Source: Octopus bimaculoides (taxonomy: Eukaryota). Taken from it: 55,640 nucleotides of DNA. Where the stretch lies: positions 23,002,045 through 23,057,684 of the forward strand of contig NC_068996.1 of assembly GCF_001194135.2 (NCBI RefSeq), given 5' to 3'. Under the pieces are notes generated by a model. The model did no database searches, was not told the origin of the DNA, and saw only the letters and a list, made by a program, of their open reading frames with translations. Of this stretch, positions 24,241 to 35,097 are shown piece by piece. Position 1 is the stretch's first letter. Each line of letters begins with the position of its first letter. Position numbers and translations under genes: made by a program.

Positions 24241-26169
24241 AACTCTAACTTTAATTCGCATACATTATATTTCTTAGCCTTGATACTCTTATTAAGGCAT
24301 CGGAATCGGTTCATTGTGTTATATATGGATGGATCTGCTTTCGAGGTACTTCGTTGATGCAAGACGTTACGCACGCACCCATTCGCATGTAAATATTGGA
24401 TTTAAAAAGATCCTTTAACCCTTTAAAAGTCGAATAGTGTCTGTGGGACTCGGACCCACATCTGTAAACATGTCTTAACCTAATATTTACGCGCTATTAC
24501 TTATAACATTATCTACTTCGAGTTCCACCCTTTAAAACAAATTACTTCACATACTCCCGAAGTTTTTCAATTCTTACGACATAAACTATGTCTCTCTCGA
24601 TACACACACACATCAAATGGTTTATGAGCATTTGAGTCGGTAGGGCAAAAAATTCATTCGTGTAGAGATTCTTCCTATTTCCTTGTGTGCCTTTAGCGAC
24701 GACACCATGAGTTTCAACCGAGAATTGCTAACTGTAAGCTAGTCCAAACGTTTGGCTTGAACAGTTAACTGTTGTATAGCCGGTGACGTCATACTAACTG
24801 CTGAGCCAGTGTATTGCATGACGTAGTTTTAGGCGCACTGTTGCCTTTGGAAAAAGATGACATCGTTACGGCTGAAAAAATATTGATCTTGGCCTGTGCA
24901 ATCGGAATTGACCTGAAGCTAAACAACAACAGCACTCTTAAACTATTGATCCTTCGACTGCTAGACGAACGCCTTTGTCGATCTTGCCAATTCGATCTTC
25001 AAGTCAAATCTTATAAATTTGAATAACTTCTTATGAGGAAAGGGTCGGCTCCTTGGATTTGATAATCCATGTATTAACGATTTAAGTTGAAATTAATCAG
25101 TTTCAGTACATGAAGATCCCTCAGTATGGTGGGATCCATACGGTATTTTTCTGTATCGTATGGTTCCCACTTCAGAAATAAGGATTTATTCTTGTTTTGT
25201 GGTTCAGAATAATAAACACCGAAATTTTGTACCATTCATGCATGCCTTTGGGGCTAGGGTTTCATGAAAAGTAACCTCAGATTTGTCGAGGATGCAACGT
25301 TGTTTTATTCTCTGAATATCATCTCACCACACATGATTTTTATTTAAGTATAATAGCTTCTAGACGTTTGTTTAGTTATTGAACCTGTCCATCGGTAGAT
25401 GATTATCTAGATTAAGATTCGATCTCTAAAATTTTGTTTCAGTTATTACGTGTACTACTTTAATGAACACGCAACTTTCATGAAACAAGTGGCAGTTTTT
25501 TTTTTTTGTTTTTTTTTTTGTCGCGGTCAAATGACACGACAGTCTCATCTGCGAGCAGCAATTCTCGTGGATAGTTCATGAAATTTTCGTTATATTTACA
25601 ATATTTATAAATGAAGAAGATAAGGAGTAGATTGTCAAGTTAGCCGCCTTCAGTGGCTTCATCAATAGTTAGTCAAGCTTCATGGAAACAAAAGGTAAAA
25701 ATCGAATTAAACTCGCAACATAAGAACATTAATTAGATTAAATGCCGGAAACAATAATTATAACTGATAGAAATATTTGAGAAAAGAAGAGCAATGTAGG
25801 TAGGAAGTTAGACAAAATATGTAGGGTGCCGTTAGTGAATGAAAACAGGAAGAAGATATTGTATTACCTTACTTCCCTCTTTATTTTCCTTTATTGGCAT
25901 CAACATGCATACTGGGTATTCATACTTCATCTTTACAACCGTCACAATTTGTTGCATGTATTAAAGTTTAAAATCGTCTAGATGTGTTGCGTGCAACCAG
26001 TGGAGCCCACATAGAAGTGTTCTGATGTTTCTAATAAAACTTTCATTTGTTTGCTTATATTTTCCAGTAAACTCTATTGAGTTATCTTTATTTCTCATCT
26101 TGTTCTGAATTTTTCAAATTGTAAACGTAATTTATGAATATTTTATATTTTGCCTAACTTCTCATCTAG

Positions 26170-26535
26170 ATTGCTCACCACATCGTTCCGCATTCAGTCC
26201 CACTGCGTGGCACCTTGGGCAAGTGCCTTCTACTATATCCTCGGGCCGACCAAAGCCTTGTGAGTTGATTTGGTAGACATAAACTGAAAGAAAACCATCG
26301 TATATAGATTTATCTATGCGTGCGTGTCTTTGTGCCTGTGTTTGTCCCCCACCATTGCTTGACAACCGGTGTTGGTATGTTTACGTCCCCGTGACCTAGT
26401 GGTTCGGCAAACGAAACCGATAGAATAAGTACCCGGTTTAAAAAGAAAATAAGTAATAGGGTCGATTAGTTCAACTAAAATTCCTCAGAGCGGTGCCTCA
26501 GTATGGCCGCAGTCTAATAACTAAAACAAATAAAA
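26170..26535 (+). mobile_element. SINE family A, near full length
   Basis: ttcagtcccactgcgtggcaccttgggcaagtg..ggccgaccaaagccttgtgag..atggccgcagtctaa. Confidence 0.9.
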
Positions 26536-26593
26536 GTATAAGTATCATTTACACCATTTTGCAAAGCTCCAAGCAAATTACAATACTATTTTA

Positions 26594-26805
26594 ATAGCGA
26601 GCTGGCAGAATCGTTAGCATGCCCGGCCAAATGTTTAGCGGCATTTCGTCTGTCTTTATGTTCTAAGTTCAAATTTCGCCGAGGTCGATTTTGTCTTTCA
26701 TAATTTCGGAGTCGATAAAATAAGTACTAATTGAGCACTGGAGGTCGATCTAATCGACTTACCCTATCTCCCGAAACTGCTGGCCTTGTGCCAAAATTTG
26801 GAAGC
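26594..26805 (+). mobile_element. SINE family B, full length
   Basis: gcgagctggcagaatcgttagc..gttcaaatttcgccgaggtcga..gtcgataaaataagtac..ggccttgtgccaaaatttg. Confidence 0.9.
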
Positions 26806-27599
26806 AATAATGAAAATATTTTACATTGACATAGGGGCTGGATGAAGTCGTATATTTAAACCTGAATGTGAAAGTAGTGCATGTTTTATTAATCCAAGAA
26901 GGACGGTAAAATGTCGATCCCGGTAGTATTTCCGCTTGTGCATAACTAAACACAATCAACCTCACTGCTCAGTCGTGTTTATACCCCCACCTCCTGTCTC
27001 TGCTTAATAATCAAATTTGTTTTCCTTCAGTCTTATCTCACTAAATAACTGGTGTTGATACTTGTTTGTTAGCGATTCAACTGAAATTCGAGCGCCACAA
27101 ATTGGCTACATTGAAACACAAGTGGAATGCTATTAGTCATTTGTGTGGTTCATCTTATTCCAACTAACAATCGTAGATACACAATTTTTTTTTTACATAT
27201 CGACAACGATAGAGATCTAAAATAACTTCTGTTGACAATTGTTTTTTTTTTCTTCTTTTTTGTGGAGTTGTGGGCGCTTTTCCCTGATCAAACAGGATGT
27301 ATGTAATTGATTGGCTCGATGCAATCCACTAATCCAATGCTTCAGATATAACCTTCTACTTCCAGTTAATTTCGGACCATATTCTCTGTGCACTATTAAT
27401 AAGTAGTAGAACATTGTATAGAGAGCAGTGTATCAGTCTATACAGCGTGTTTCTTCCCCACCTTTTCGGTCTATAGGTGGTGGCGAGGACACACACCGGA
27501 GATGAACTCTGTAGGGACTTGATAATTATTGCCCTATTCTTGTAACGGTTTTGCAAACCCCACTCTCCGAACTCCCAGATCATAACTGATGCAGTAAGA

Positions 27600-27850
27600 T
27601 CTACGGCTTAAAGACGCTCTAGATGTGACCATACGTCTTTTTATTTTTCTGGACAGTGTATCTAGGATTACATTATCAATGGATGGTATGGTGTGATTTG
27701 AGGGAGATTTGGTTTCTATTTCGAACAATCACGCAGAACCTTTCTCATAGGATCGCATTTATACAGTTATTGTTTAGCCCCCAAGTGGTCAGTCTTAATC
27801 AAGCTGGTCTGTAATCGAAGGCATTCTATCCGTGATCTTTCTGTCTCGTA
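27600..27850 (-). repeat. Family D, two tandem partial copies
   Basis: tctaggattacattatc, tttgagggagatttgg..ctattt and ttgtttagcccc match 18268-18450 and 24880-24932 in reverse. Confidence 0.55.
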
Positions 27851-28213
27851 TTTATTGGATTGGATGTGTAGATGGATTTGATGAACATTTGTATATTATC
27901 AGTAGTCAACTTAACTGCTACTCAAAGGAGAAAGGAGGAAACACTGTACCAACCATTACAAGGTACAGAAATAGAATACGTGTACCATGGACTGGTGGCT
28001 GAAATATATCATTGTAGTAACTTAAAGTAAACCTCATGAAATTTAACGACGTCAGATGCTCAGCATAATAATAACTCTGAGTATACATAAATCTTACGGT
28101 TGCAACGAGAAAGAATTCAATTGCTTTATTAAAACCTGATTCTCACATAAGCACATGACCAGATATTGAAAGAAAACCGGATTTGGTGAGTGCTATGACA
28201 TCGATACCCTTTT

Positions 28214-28446
28214 TTAACCCTTTGCCTGTCCAAAACATTTTCGTAAGTTTGTCCTATATGTCCATGCGTGATTTCAGACTTTTAGTTTGCCTTTGTTTCA
28301 TATATTCTACGTAAAATAAAGCTTTACTTTTCTAAGTCCCAAGTTACTCTGGTGATTAAAAAAAAGGGAGGGGGACGTGTATCGTAGGGATCAGAGAAAT
28401 ATTTATTGTGTATTACATGTGATACACAAGACAGGCAAAGGATTAA
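28214..28446 (+). mobile_element. piggyBac-type MITE family P1
   Basis: TTAA-ccctttgcctgtc ... gacaggcaaagga-TTAA. Second degraded copy at 35098-35315. Confidence 0.8.
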
Positions 28447-29339
28447 AAAATTATTCATGAAGAAAGAAGGCAAAAATTAACAAATATAGTGGTGTCGTCG
28501 GCTGATTATGCACTTCCTCTACAAAATTTCTAACTTCGTTTTTATTAATGTTAGAAATTGTGAATAGCTTCTTTTGTTAGTTCAGTTGTTACATTGAATT
28601 AAAATGTACAATGAGGAGCGTTTACAGAAACTGGGAGAGTGTTAGGCGCTACTATTTACTTAAATGCTTTTATTTATTGAGCTGAAATCTCGCCGAAGAT
28701 GACTTTGCGCTTTGCTTTACATACATCGGAAGGCAATAAAGCATGTACAGGATTAAGTTCTCTAGACCAAATTCCTGTCCCACCCAACCCCTCCTCCAAA
28801 GAACTATGGTATTTGAGCTCATCTGACAAATCATAAAAATGCCCTATATTATTAACATTTCCTGTGATGATTCAGTCTTTGTTGTTGCTGGAATTTCTTA
28901 ACGTTTTTTGTTTTCCTAAATGCTTCCTGTCAGGTGTTGTTTCACGTCATATACAGCTAGCTGGCTGATAACGGTTCTGGCTCACGCGTAAAGTTTACTG
29001 CACGATGATCTAGAGATCCAATATAGTGTATGTCTGCTCCTTCCGGTCAATTTTCTGTTAAACACAATTTATCTCAAAATTGAACTTAATTTATTTCAAA
29101 ACAGTTTGTATTAAGTGCATATAACGAGTGGGTGTTATGTGTGTTACATTTTTGTAAGAAGAGTCATGATAAGGACTTCGAAGTTTCGGTCTGCAAACTT
29201 TCACTGGAGTAGCAAGCCGAAACTTCGAATTAATTATCACCAGTCTTCTTGTAGAAGTATAATAATGTACTTTACGAAAAGTATTGAGTAATCCTTCAAT
29301 TTAATATAAAATTATCATAATTCCTTAGACTTTTCTCCT

Positions 29340-29480
29340 TCTCTAGACCTTTCCTCTTTCCCTTTTCTGACGAAGAGCCATGCTCGAAACGTTATACACA
29401 CATTTTTTCCCATCGTATATCGAGCGTCAACCGAATACATTCCATGTGTGCGTTTTTTTGACTTTTGTTGTTTTGTTATT
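29340..29480 (+). mobile_element. Penelope-like terminal repeat fragment, family H1
   Basis: ctgacgaagagccatgctcgaaacgtt..cgagcgtcaa..aatacat. Related copy at 42320-42480 (-); relative at 31420-31560 (-). Confidence 0.55.
29367..29393 (+). ncRNA. Minimal type-I hammerhead-like motif
   Basis: CTGACGA-A-GAGC(cat)GCTC-GAAAC-GTT: intact core, 4-bp stem II, loopless ACGT stem III. Stem I does not pair in this copy. Confidence 0.45.
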
Positions 29481-29485
29481 CTTAA

Positions 29486-29533
<48 letters not shown>

Positions 29534-29729
29534 ATATATATATATATATATTACGTTTATATATTCGTTTTGCAAGATTCTTGATGTGAAATCATGTGTT
29601 GAAACAGATGTTGTTGTATTTGGGGATGGTCATGTTGCCAGTTTAGTCAATAAAACACACGCACTATATATTTGGTGTTAATTTGCTTCAGCTTTATTTT
29701 ATTTTTTTATTTTACATTAATCGTATTTC

Positions 29730-29773
29730 GGCCAGAGTTCTTTCGTCACACTTCTGTGATCTCGTCAGTGGTC
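29730..29773 (-). ncRNA. Type-I hammerhead ribozyme motif (left arm)
   Basis: Minus strand gacca-CTGACGA-g-atcac(agaagt)gtgac-GAAA-GAAC-TC-tggcc. Confidence 0.6.
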
Positions 29774-29858
29774 CTTTGCTTTCTTCTTTCTATTTTGTGT
29801 CTTTCTTGGCTGATCGTTAGTAAAGAAAGACACACAAATAAGAAATGAGAAAGCAAAG

Positions 29859-29902
29859 GGCCACTGACGAGGTCACAGAAGTGTAACGAAAGAACTCTAG
29901 CC
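29859..29902 (+). ncRNA. Type-I hammerhead ribozyme motif (right arm)
   Basis: ggcca-CTGACGA-g-gtcac(agaagt)gtaac-GAAA-GAAC-TC-tagcc; predicted cleavage after C29897. Confidence 0.6.
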
Positions 29903-30011
29903 GAAATACGATTAATGTAAAAAAAAATAAAATAAAGCTGAAGCAAATTAACACCAAATATATAGTGCGTGTGTTTTATTGGCTAAACTGGCAATATGAC
30001 CATCCCCAAAT

Positions 30012-30063
<52 letters not shown>

Positions 30064-30916
30064 AATGTATAGATGTTATTCAAATGGCTCTGAGAAAGCT
30101 ATACGATGTTACACAGGCATACAACTCTGGCTGCACGGTTCCTTATAGCTGAAACAGCTGTAAGCCAATAAAAGTAATTACGTAACTTCTGCTCTTTTAT
30201 CATTTATTTATTAATACGTAACATTACACTCTGTACAATGAAGTACCAGTATATTGAATTCTGCCAAATGATTGTTTGTACTGCTATGGCTCAGTAGAAT
30301 CGTTAGATTTGTGAATGTTTGTGCAATGTATGGCGACAACTGTCGAGATTTATACATTATGTCGATTAATCTTGTGTGGGCCTTGTTACTTTGGCAGATG
30401 GACTACATATAGTTGTGATGACACATCTATCTTAATGCTGGTAATGTCGGCAGCAGGAGCAACAGCAGCAGCAGCAGTAGTAGTAGTAGTAGTAGTAATT
30501 ATTACACGTCTTTTTGAGCACGCGCGTGTGTGTCTGCTTGTATATCTATTGCTATTTGAAAGGCTGCAGCAGTTTATATTGTCACAATGTTTTATTGCAA
30601 GTTATTCTTCATAATCTGTTAGTAAGAAAAAGTGCGCAGGGTATCACCAAGTACAATTTTTACATGAAATTTCTACAAAAACAAGACAAAAAAAATTTAT
30701 TAAGTGTAAGCATGGGTGCGTGGTTAAGAAACTCGTTTTGCGAATACGCGGTTTCAGGTCCATTCCCACTGTACAACACTTTAGGTAAGTGTCTTCTACT
30801 ACAGTGTTTGTGTCCTTGTAACTTTGTTTTTACTTTTTTCTGTGACTTATTGGGCTGTGGATCCCAATTAGCAACATAGTCGTCAAACTAAAAGAAAAAA
30901 TTCAAAACATTCTTTT

Positions 30917-31063
30917 TTAACCCTTCAGCATTTAAACCAATCATGCCCGGCCCAAATATTCTACACGTTTTGTGTTTAAACTGGAGAAATACATGATTAA
31001 TTCAAAACAATGTGAATAAATAAACTTGCATTTGACAGAGTAATTTCAATGCTGAAGTGCTAA
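30917..31063 (+). mobile_element. piggyBac-type MITE family P2
   Basis: TTAA-cccttcagcatt ... aatgctgaagtgctaa (2 mismatches to the left end). Confidence 0.7.
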
Positions 31064-31419
31064 TGTTAAAAAATTAAGCTACAAGAAATAATTTGTGGCT
31101 CTGGATTTAATATTGTTTTGTAACTCTGGGTTTAACAAATTTAGCAAATGAGGTGGGGTCTTTCAGGTTGTGGTTTCAATAGAAATAGAGGCCTAACCCA
31201 TGAAGAAATTGAATTGATTGCCGTGGATCGTTAGTTTGATTGAAAGTCGATTTAAAAACGCCTCATTTTATATATTCCTGCTTCATGACGCGCTGGTTGG
31301 CCAAGTGTGGATATTTCACCTTTGGGGTGACATCTCAAAGAGGATTCTTTACAAATGTTAAATACACCTATTTGATGCAATGTTATCCCCCTCTCTCTCT
31401 ATATATATATACATATATA

Positions 31420-31785
31420 GTTGAAATTTACAGAAAAACAAAAAGCGAAGACAGGTCTATAAACAACAAGCAGGTGTATTAGTTTGACGCTCGGGAAGGT
31501 GAGAAAGTCTTTTACGTTTCGAGCCTACTCTCTTCAACAGAAAGGAACACGAGAAAATTAAAGTTCAAACGTCGTGGTGTATTGGAGCGATTTTTCATCA
31601 ACGGAAGAATCCAATAAAATCCATAAGTATATCCAGTAATAATCCGAGTGGAATGCTGGTAAAGCAGGATAAAACTAGTGCGACCACATGAGCGTATAAA
31701 TTATATTGTTGAAATTTACAGAAAAACAAAAGTCGAAGGCAGGTGTATAAGCAACAAGCAGAAGTGTTAGTTTGACGCTCGGGAA
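31420..31785 (-). mobile_element. Penelope-like element remnant with partial direct terminal repeats
   Basis: ~78-bp direct repeat gttgaaatttacagaaaaacaaaa..tagtttgacgctcgggaa at 31420-31497 and 31708-31785; hammerhead-like motif at 31509-31544. Confidence 0.6.
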
Positions 31786-31794
31786 ACAGACACA

Positions 31795-31945
31795 CACACT
31801 ATACAAATACACACGCTGAAATTTTACACACCTTCCGTTTACCATATTCATTCACAAGGCTTTCGTCAGTATGGAGTAGTAGACGACACCTGTCCATGGT
31901 GCTGTGTAGTGGGACTGAGCCTTAAACCACGTGTTTGCAAAATGA
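31795..31945 (-). mobile_element. SINE family A, 5' half
   Basis: cttccgtttacc..cacaaggcttt..gacacctgtccatggtgc..gtgggactgagc. Confidence 0.7.
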
Positions 31946-32488
31946 GCATGTCTGCTGAAAAAAAATTCCATAAGTTATCGTTCAGTTAATCATTTTCACG
32001 TGGTGTTTACACAACCTTCCCACCTATTAATGAGACTTTGAAAACTAAACTATATTTCATGAGCGGACAAGTCAACCATTCCTGGGATGGGACTGTGGAG
32101 ATCGAAAAAGGGACAGGCAGACAAATTGCTATGTCTATTAAATTTGTCCAACACCATGTTATAGAAAGAATAAATGGATGTAAAACCTGCTTTGTCATTA
32201 CATGAATAAACAGTGTGGTTGGGGCGGTTACTTTTTGGGTGAGGACTCAATCGTTCGGTCTGAGAAGCGCTGGACAAAGAAAGTACTTGTAAAAAGTATG
32301 TTTTGATTTTCTTAGTAGGAACCTTAGAGTTTTCCGTGCTATATGTTTCTTTGTTCAAACTTGAAAAGACGGCAAGTAAAAAAATAAAGTTTTCCTGTAA
32401 TATATTTAAGTAAATCAATCGATTTTAAGGAATAAATATTGAAGCTAATCTTTAGTCAAAATATATAAATTTCTATTTTTGTTTTCAG

Positions 32489-32540
32489 GTAATAAATAAT
32501 TCTCAGTCGAGAAGAAATTCGGTTATTGAAGCAACATATT
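32489..32540 (+). other. Candidate 52-nt exon
   Basis: CTAAT at 32445, T-tract, CAG at 32486-88, donor GTAAGA at 32541. Only phase 0 is open (VINNSQSRRNSVIEATY). Confidence 0.35.
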
Positions 32541-32556
32541 GTAAGACTGTACTGCA

Positions 32557-32588
<32 letters not shown>

Positions 32589-32735
32589 GTTCTCCCCTCT
32601 CTCTTCTCTTTCTCCCTCTCTCCCCTCTCTCTTCTCTTTCTCCCTCTCTCCCCTCTCTCTCTCCCCCTGAAGATTGTCTTTTGGCTCGCTCATTTTCCAA
32701 ACTAGCACAAGTCCATACCATCAACGATTGGTGTA

Positions 32736-32943
32736 CAGTAATCCCTCGACTATCGCGGGTGTTATGTTCCCCAAACCCCCGCGATAGGTGAAAATCCGCG
32801 AAGTAGAAGCAGTACTGTACTGAATATTTTTTTTATTATTTCTATAGTTTGTATATATTTATTTTATTATAAATACAAAGCAACACCACGGAGGAATCGA
32901 CGTAAGCTTAAATAATAAACCGCGATATAGCGAGCGATTACTG
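32736..32943. mobile_element. pogo/Tigger-type MITE
   Basis: TA-CAGTAATCCCTCG ... CGAGCGATTACTG-TA. Confidence 0.88.
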
Positions 32944-33068
32944 TATCTGTTTCAGAGTTTTCTATTGGCCTCTCCCTATCGCTCAACACACCACCACTAA
33001 CATTTTTTCCATATAAAACACATAGACACACATACACTCTCGCACGCGCGCACACACATACACATGTA

Positions 33069-33112
<44 letters not shown>

Positions 33113-33562
33113 GAGAGAGAGAAAGATTAAGAGATCTACGAATAGGTTTATGCGATGAAAACAATTCAGACAGCATTTCATAAACACGCCTTGAGGATTG
33201 TGTGAAGGCACCAGACATGTTATAAAATGCTCAGTTGTTTTGATCGCATGAAACTATGAGCCTCTCATAAAAAAATATTTACTCCATCTCACTAGATGGA
33301 GTACCTTTTTTTTCTTTATTTTTTTATTTTTATTTTATCTTACCATCACGGAACAGTACACTATGTATTCTTTTATATATTCCTAATACTCATGAATTCT
33401 GAGTTCTATTTTGTCAGCCTTTCCTTATTTTATATCTCTGCAATTACTATTATTATTATTATTATTGTTATTATCATCATCATCATCAACCTATTCATCA
33501 TCATCATCATCAAAAACAACAGACGTTAAGGTTAAGGTTAATTACAGGTATTTTCTTCGTTG

Positions 33563-33814
33563 TATTAGGTTGTCAGATAAATTCGTTCGTTTACTTTTTT
33601 TCTTTCATTTTTTTTTTTTTTTTTTTTCCTACTTGGCAATCCATCCTCATATATCTGAAAAGGTATAACTCGTACAAATTTCAAACACGATAAACAAAAA
33701 GTTGCAGAAAAATAATAAAGCTACAAAAAAAAAAAATGTAAAAGAACACTACGATAAACATTTTTCGAGTCAATTTAAATAACACTGGAAAGGATTAAAA
33801 TAAAAGGGAACATG

Positions 33815-33846
<32 letters not shown>

Positions 33847-33874
33847 ACGAACGAATTTATCTGACAACCCAATA
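33563..33874 (+). mobile_element. Mariner-type MITE family M1, copy 3 (best preserved)
   Basis: TA-ttaggttgtcagataaattcgttcgtt ... aacgaacgaatttatctgacaacccaa-TA. Confidence 0.88.
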
Positions 33875-33930
33875 CATTTTATAACTTAGCAATGACTTTA
33901 CTTGAGCAAAGTGTTTTTAACTTTTTTACA

Positions 33931-33982
33931 TTCAATGACCTTTTTATTTTCCTCTGTATTTTTTTTTATTTTTCAGGTAAGT
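33931..33982 (+). promoter_or_regulatory. Candidate recursive splice site (CAG|GTAAGT)
   Basis: ~35-nt pyrimidine tract, CAG 33974-76, GTAAGT 33977-82, downstream donor GTAAGA at 34006. Confidence 0.45.
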
Positions 33983-34457
33983 ACTTTTGAAGTTTGAAGA
34001 TGTTGGTAAGATGACATTTTCTTTTAATTGCAAAAAAAAAAAAAAAAGAAAAGATTAAGATGCTAAAAAAAAATCAGTAAGCATTTAATATAGGCGACTG
34101 TTTCAAAGTGTTCAAAGAGCCAAATAGACCGAAAATGAATGATGGACAAAAATATTTCTTACAGAAACTGTACAATGTTGTTGTCTGTGGTTTGCTATTA
34201 ACAAACATACTGAAAATGCGTCATGCTTTTTTAAAAAAAACTCGATTTGTTAATCTTCAAAGGTGTGTATGTGTGTATTCATTTTGCTTGATGTAGTTAT
34301 TATATTTGTGAGAAAGTAGTGCGTGCATGTGTACGTGTGTGTGTGTGTGTGTGTGAGTTCCTTTCTTTTTACTGTTTAACACGTATGATTTGCAAACGAT
34401 AGTTCCTTTTGAAGCTGAACAGAAGCAACGATGAAATTACCAAATATTTCGCAATTT

Positions 34458-34538
<81 letters not shown>

Positions 34539-35097
34539 TTCATTCTCTTAATTTCTTAAAACCATGTCAGTGACTAGTGTTATTTCGGCATTTGTGTCAA
34601 AGACTAGGATTTTTTTATTTTTACACGTGTCATATACCGAAACACGAGTGCTTCTCGAAGAGGATGGTACCACCCCTTGGAGTGGGAGAGCGTTAAAAAG
34701 AAATTATACGGGTACTGGGGTCAAAGCGAATATTAAGGGTAACCAGTGCATCAGTCTTTTTTAATTGAACGCACCACTAATGCACTAATAGTCTTTTAAT
34801 TGTGATCATCCTGTCGTTAGTCATGTTCTTTTTTTTTGTGTGTGTGTTGAGTATTAAATTTGTTGAATTGTGCCTAGATGTCAGGAGGAGGTTTTCGAAA
34901 GTGTTAATAGAAGAAAAAGGGAGATAGTTAAGAAAAAAGAAAAGGTTTGAGAAGTACTACCTTAATTTCAAGTTAATCTGTTAGGCCTCACAAGGTTAGT
35001 CATTAACGTCCCCCACCCACCCCATACAGACACACAGACACTCATGCCTTGCTAGGATAGGAGGAGGTCATTGCAATTGAGGTGTCATCAATCACAA

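Larger units (their letters stand above)
29611..30018. repeat. ~410-bp inverted repeat (arms ~197 bp, 15-nt spacer), PLE-like family H2
   Basis: 29611-29807 is the reverse complement of 29823-30018 at roughly 90% or higher identity by eye. Confidence 0.92.

Noticed and set aside
27088-27150. Possible pre-miRNA-like hairpin (cacaaat..atttgtg)
   Set aside because: Only ~16 bp with several bulges in AT-rich DNA.
31420-31785. Repeat-spacer-repeat pattern as a CRISPR-like array or true LTR pair
   Set aside because: Only two 78-bp repeats, eukaryotic context, no cas genes, no TG..CA ends or PBS; PLE-type terminal repeats fit better.
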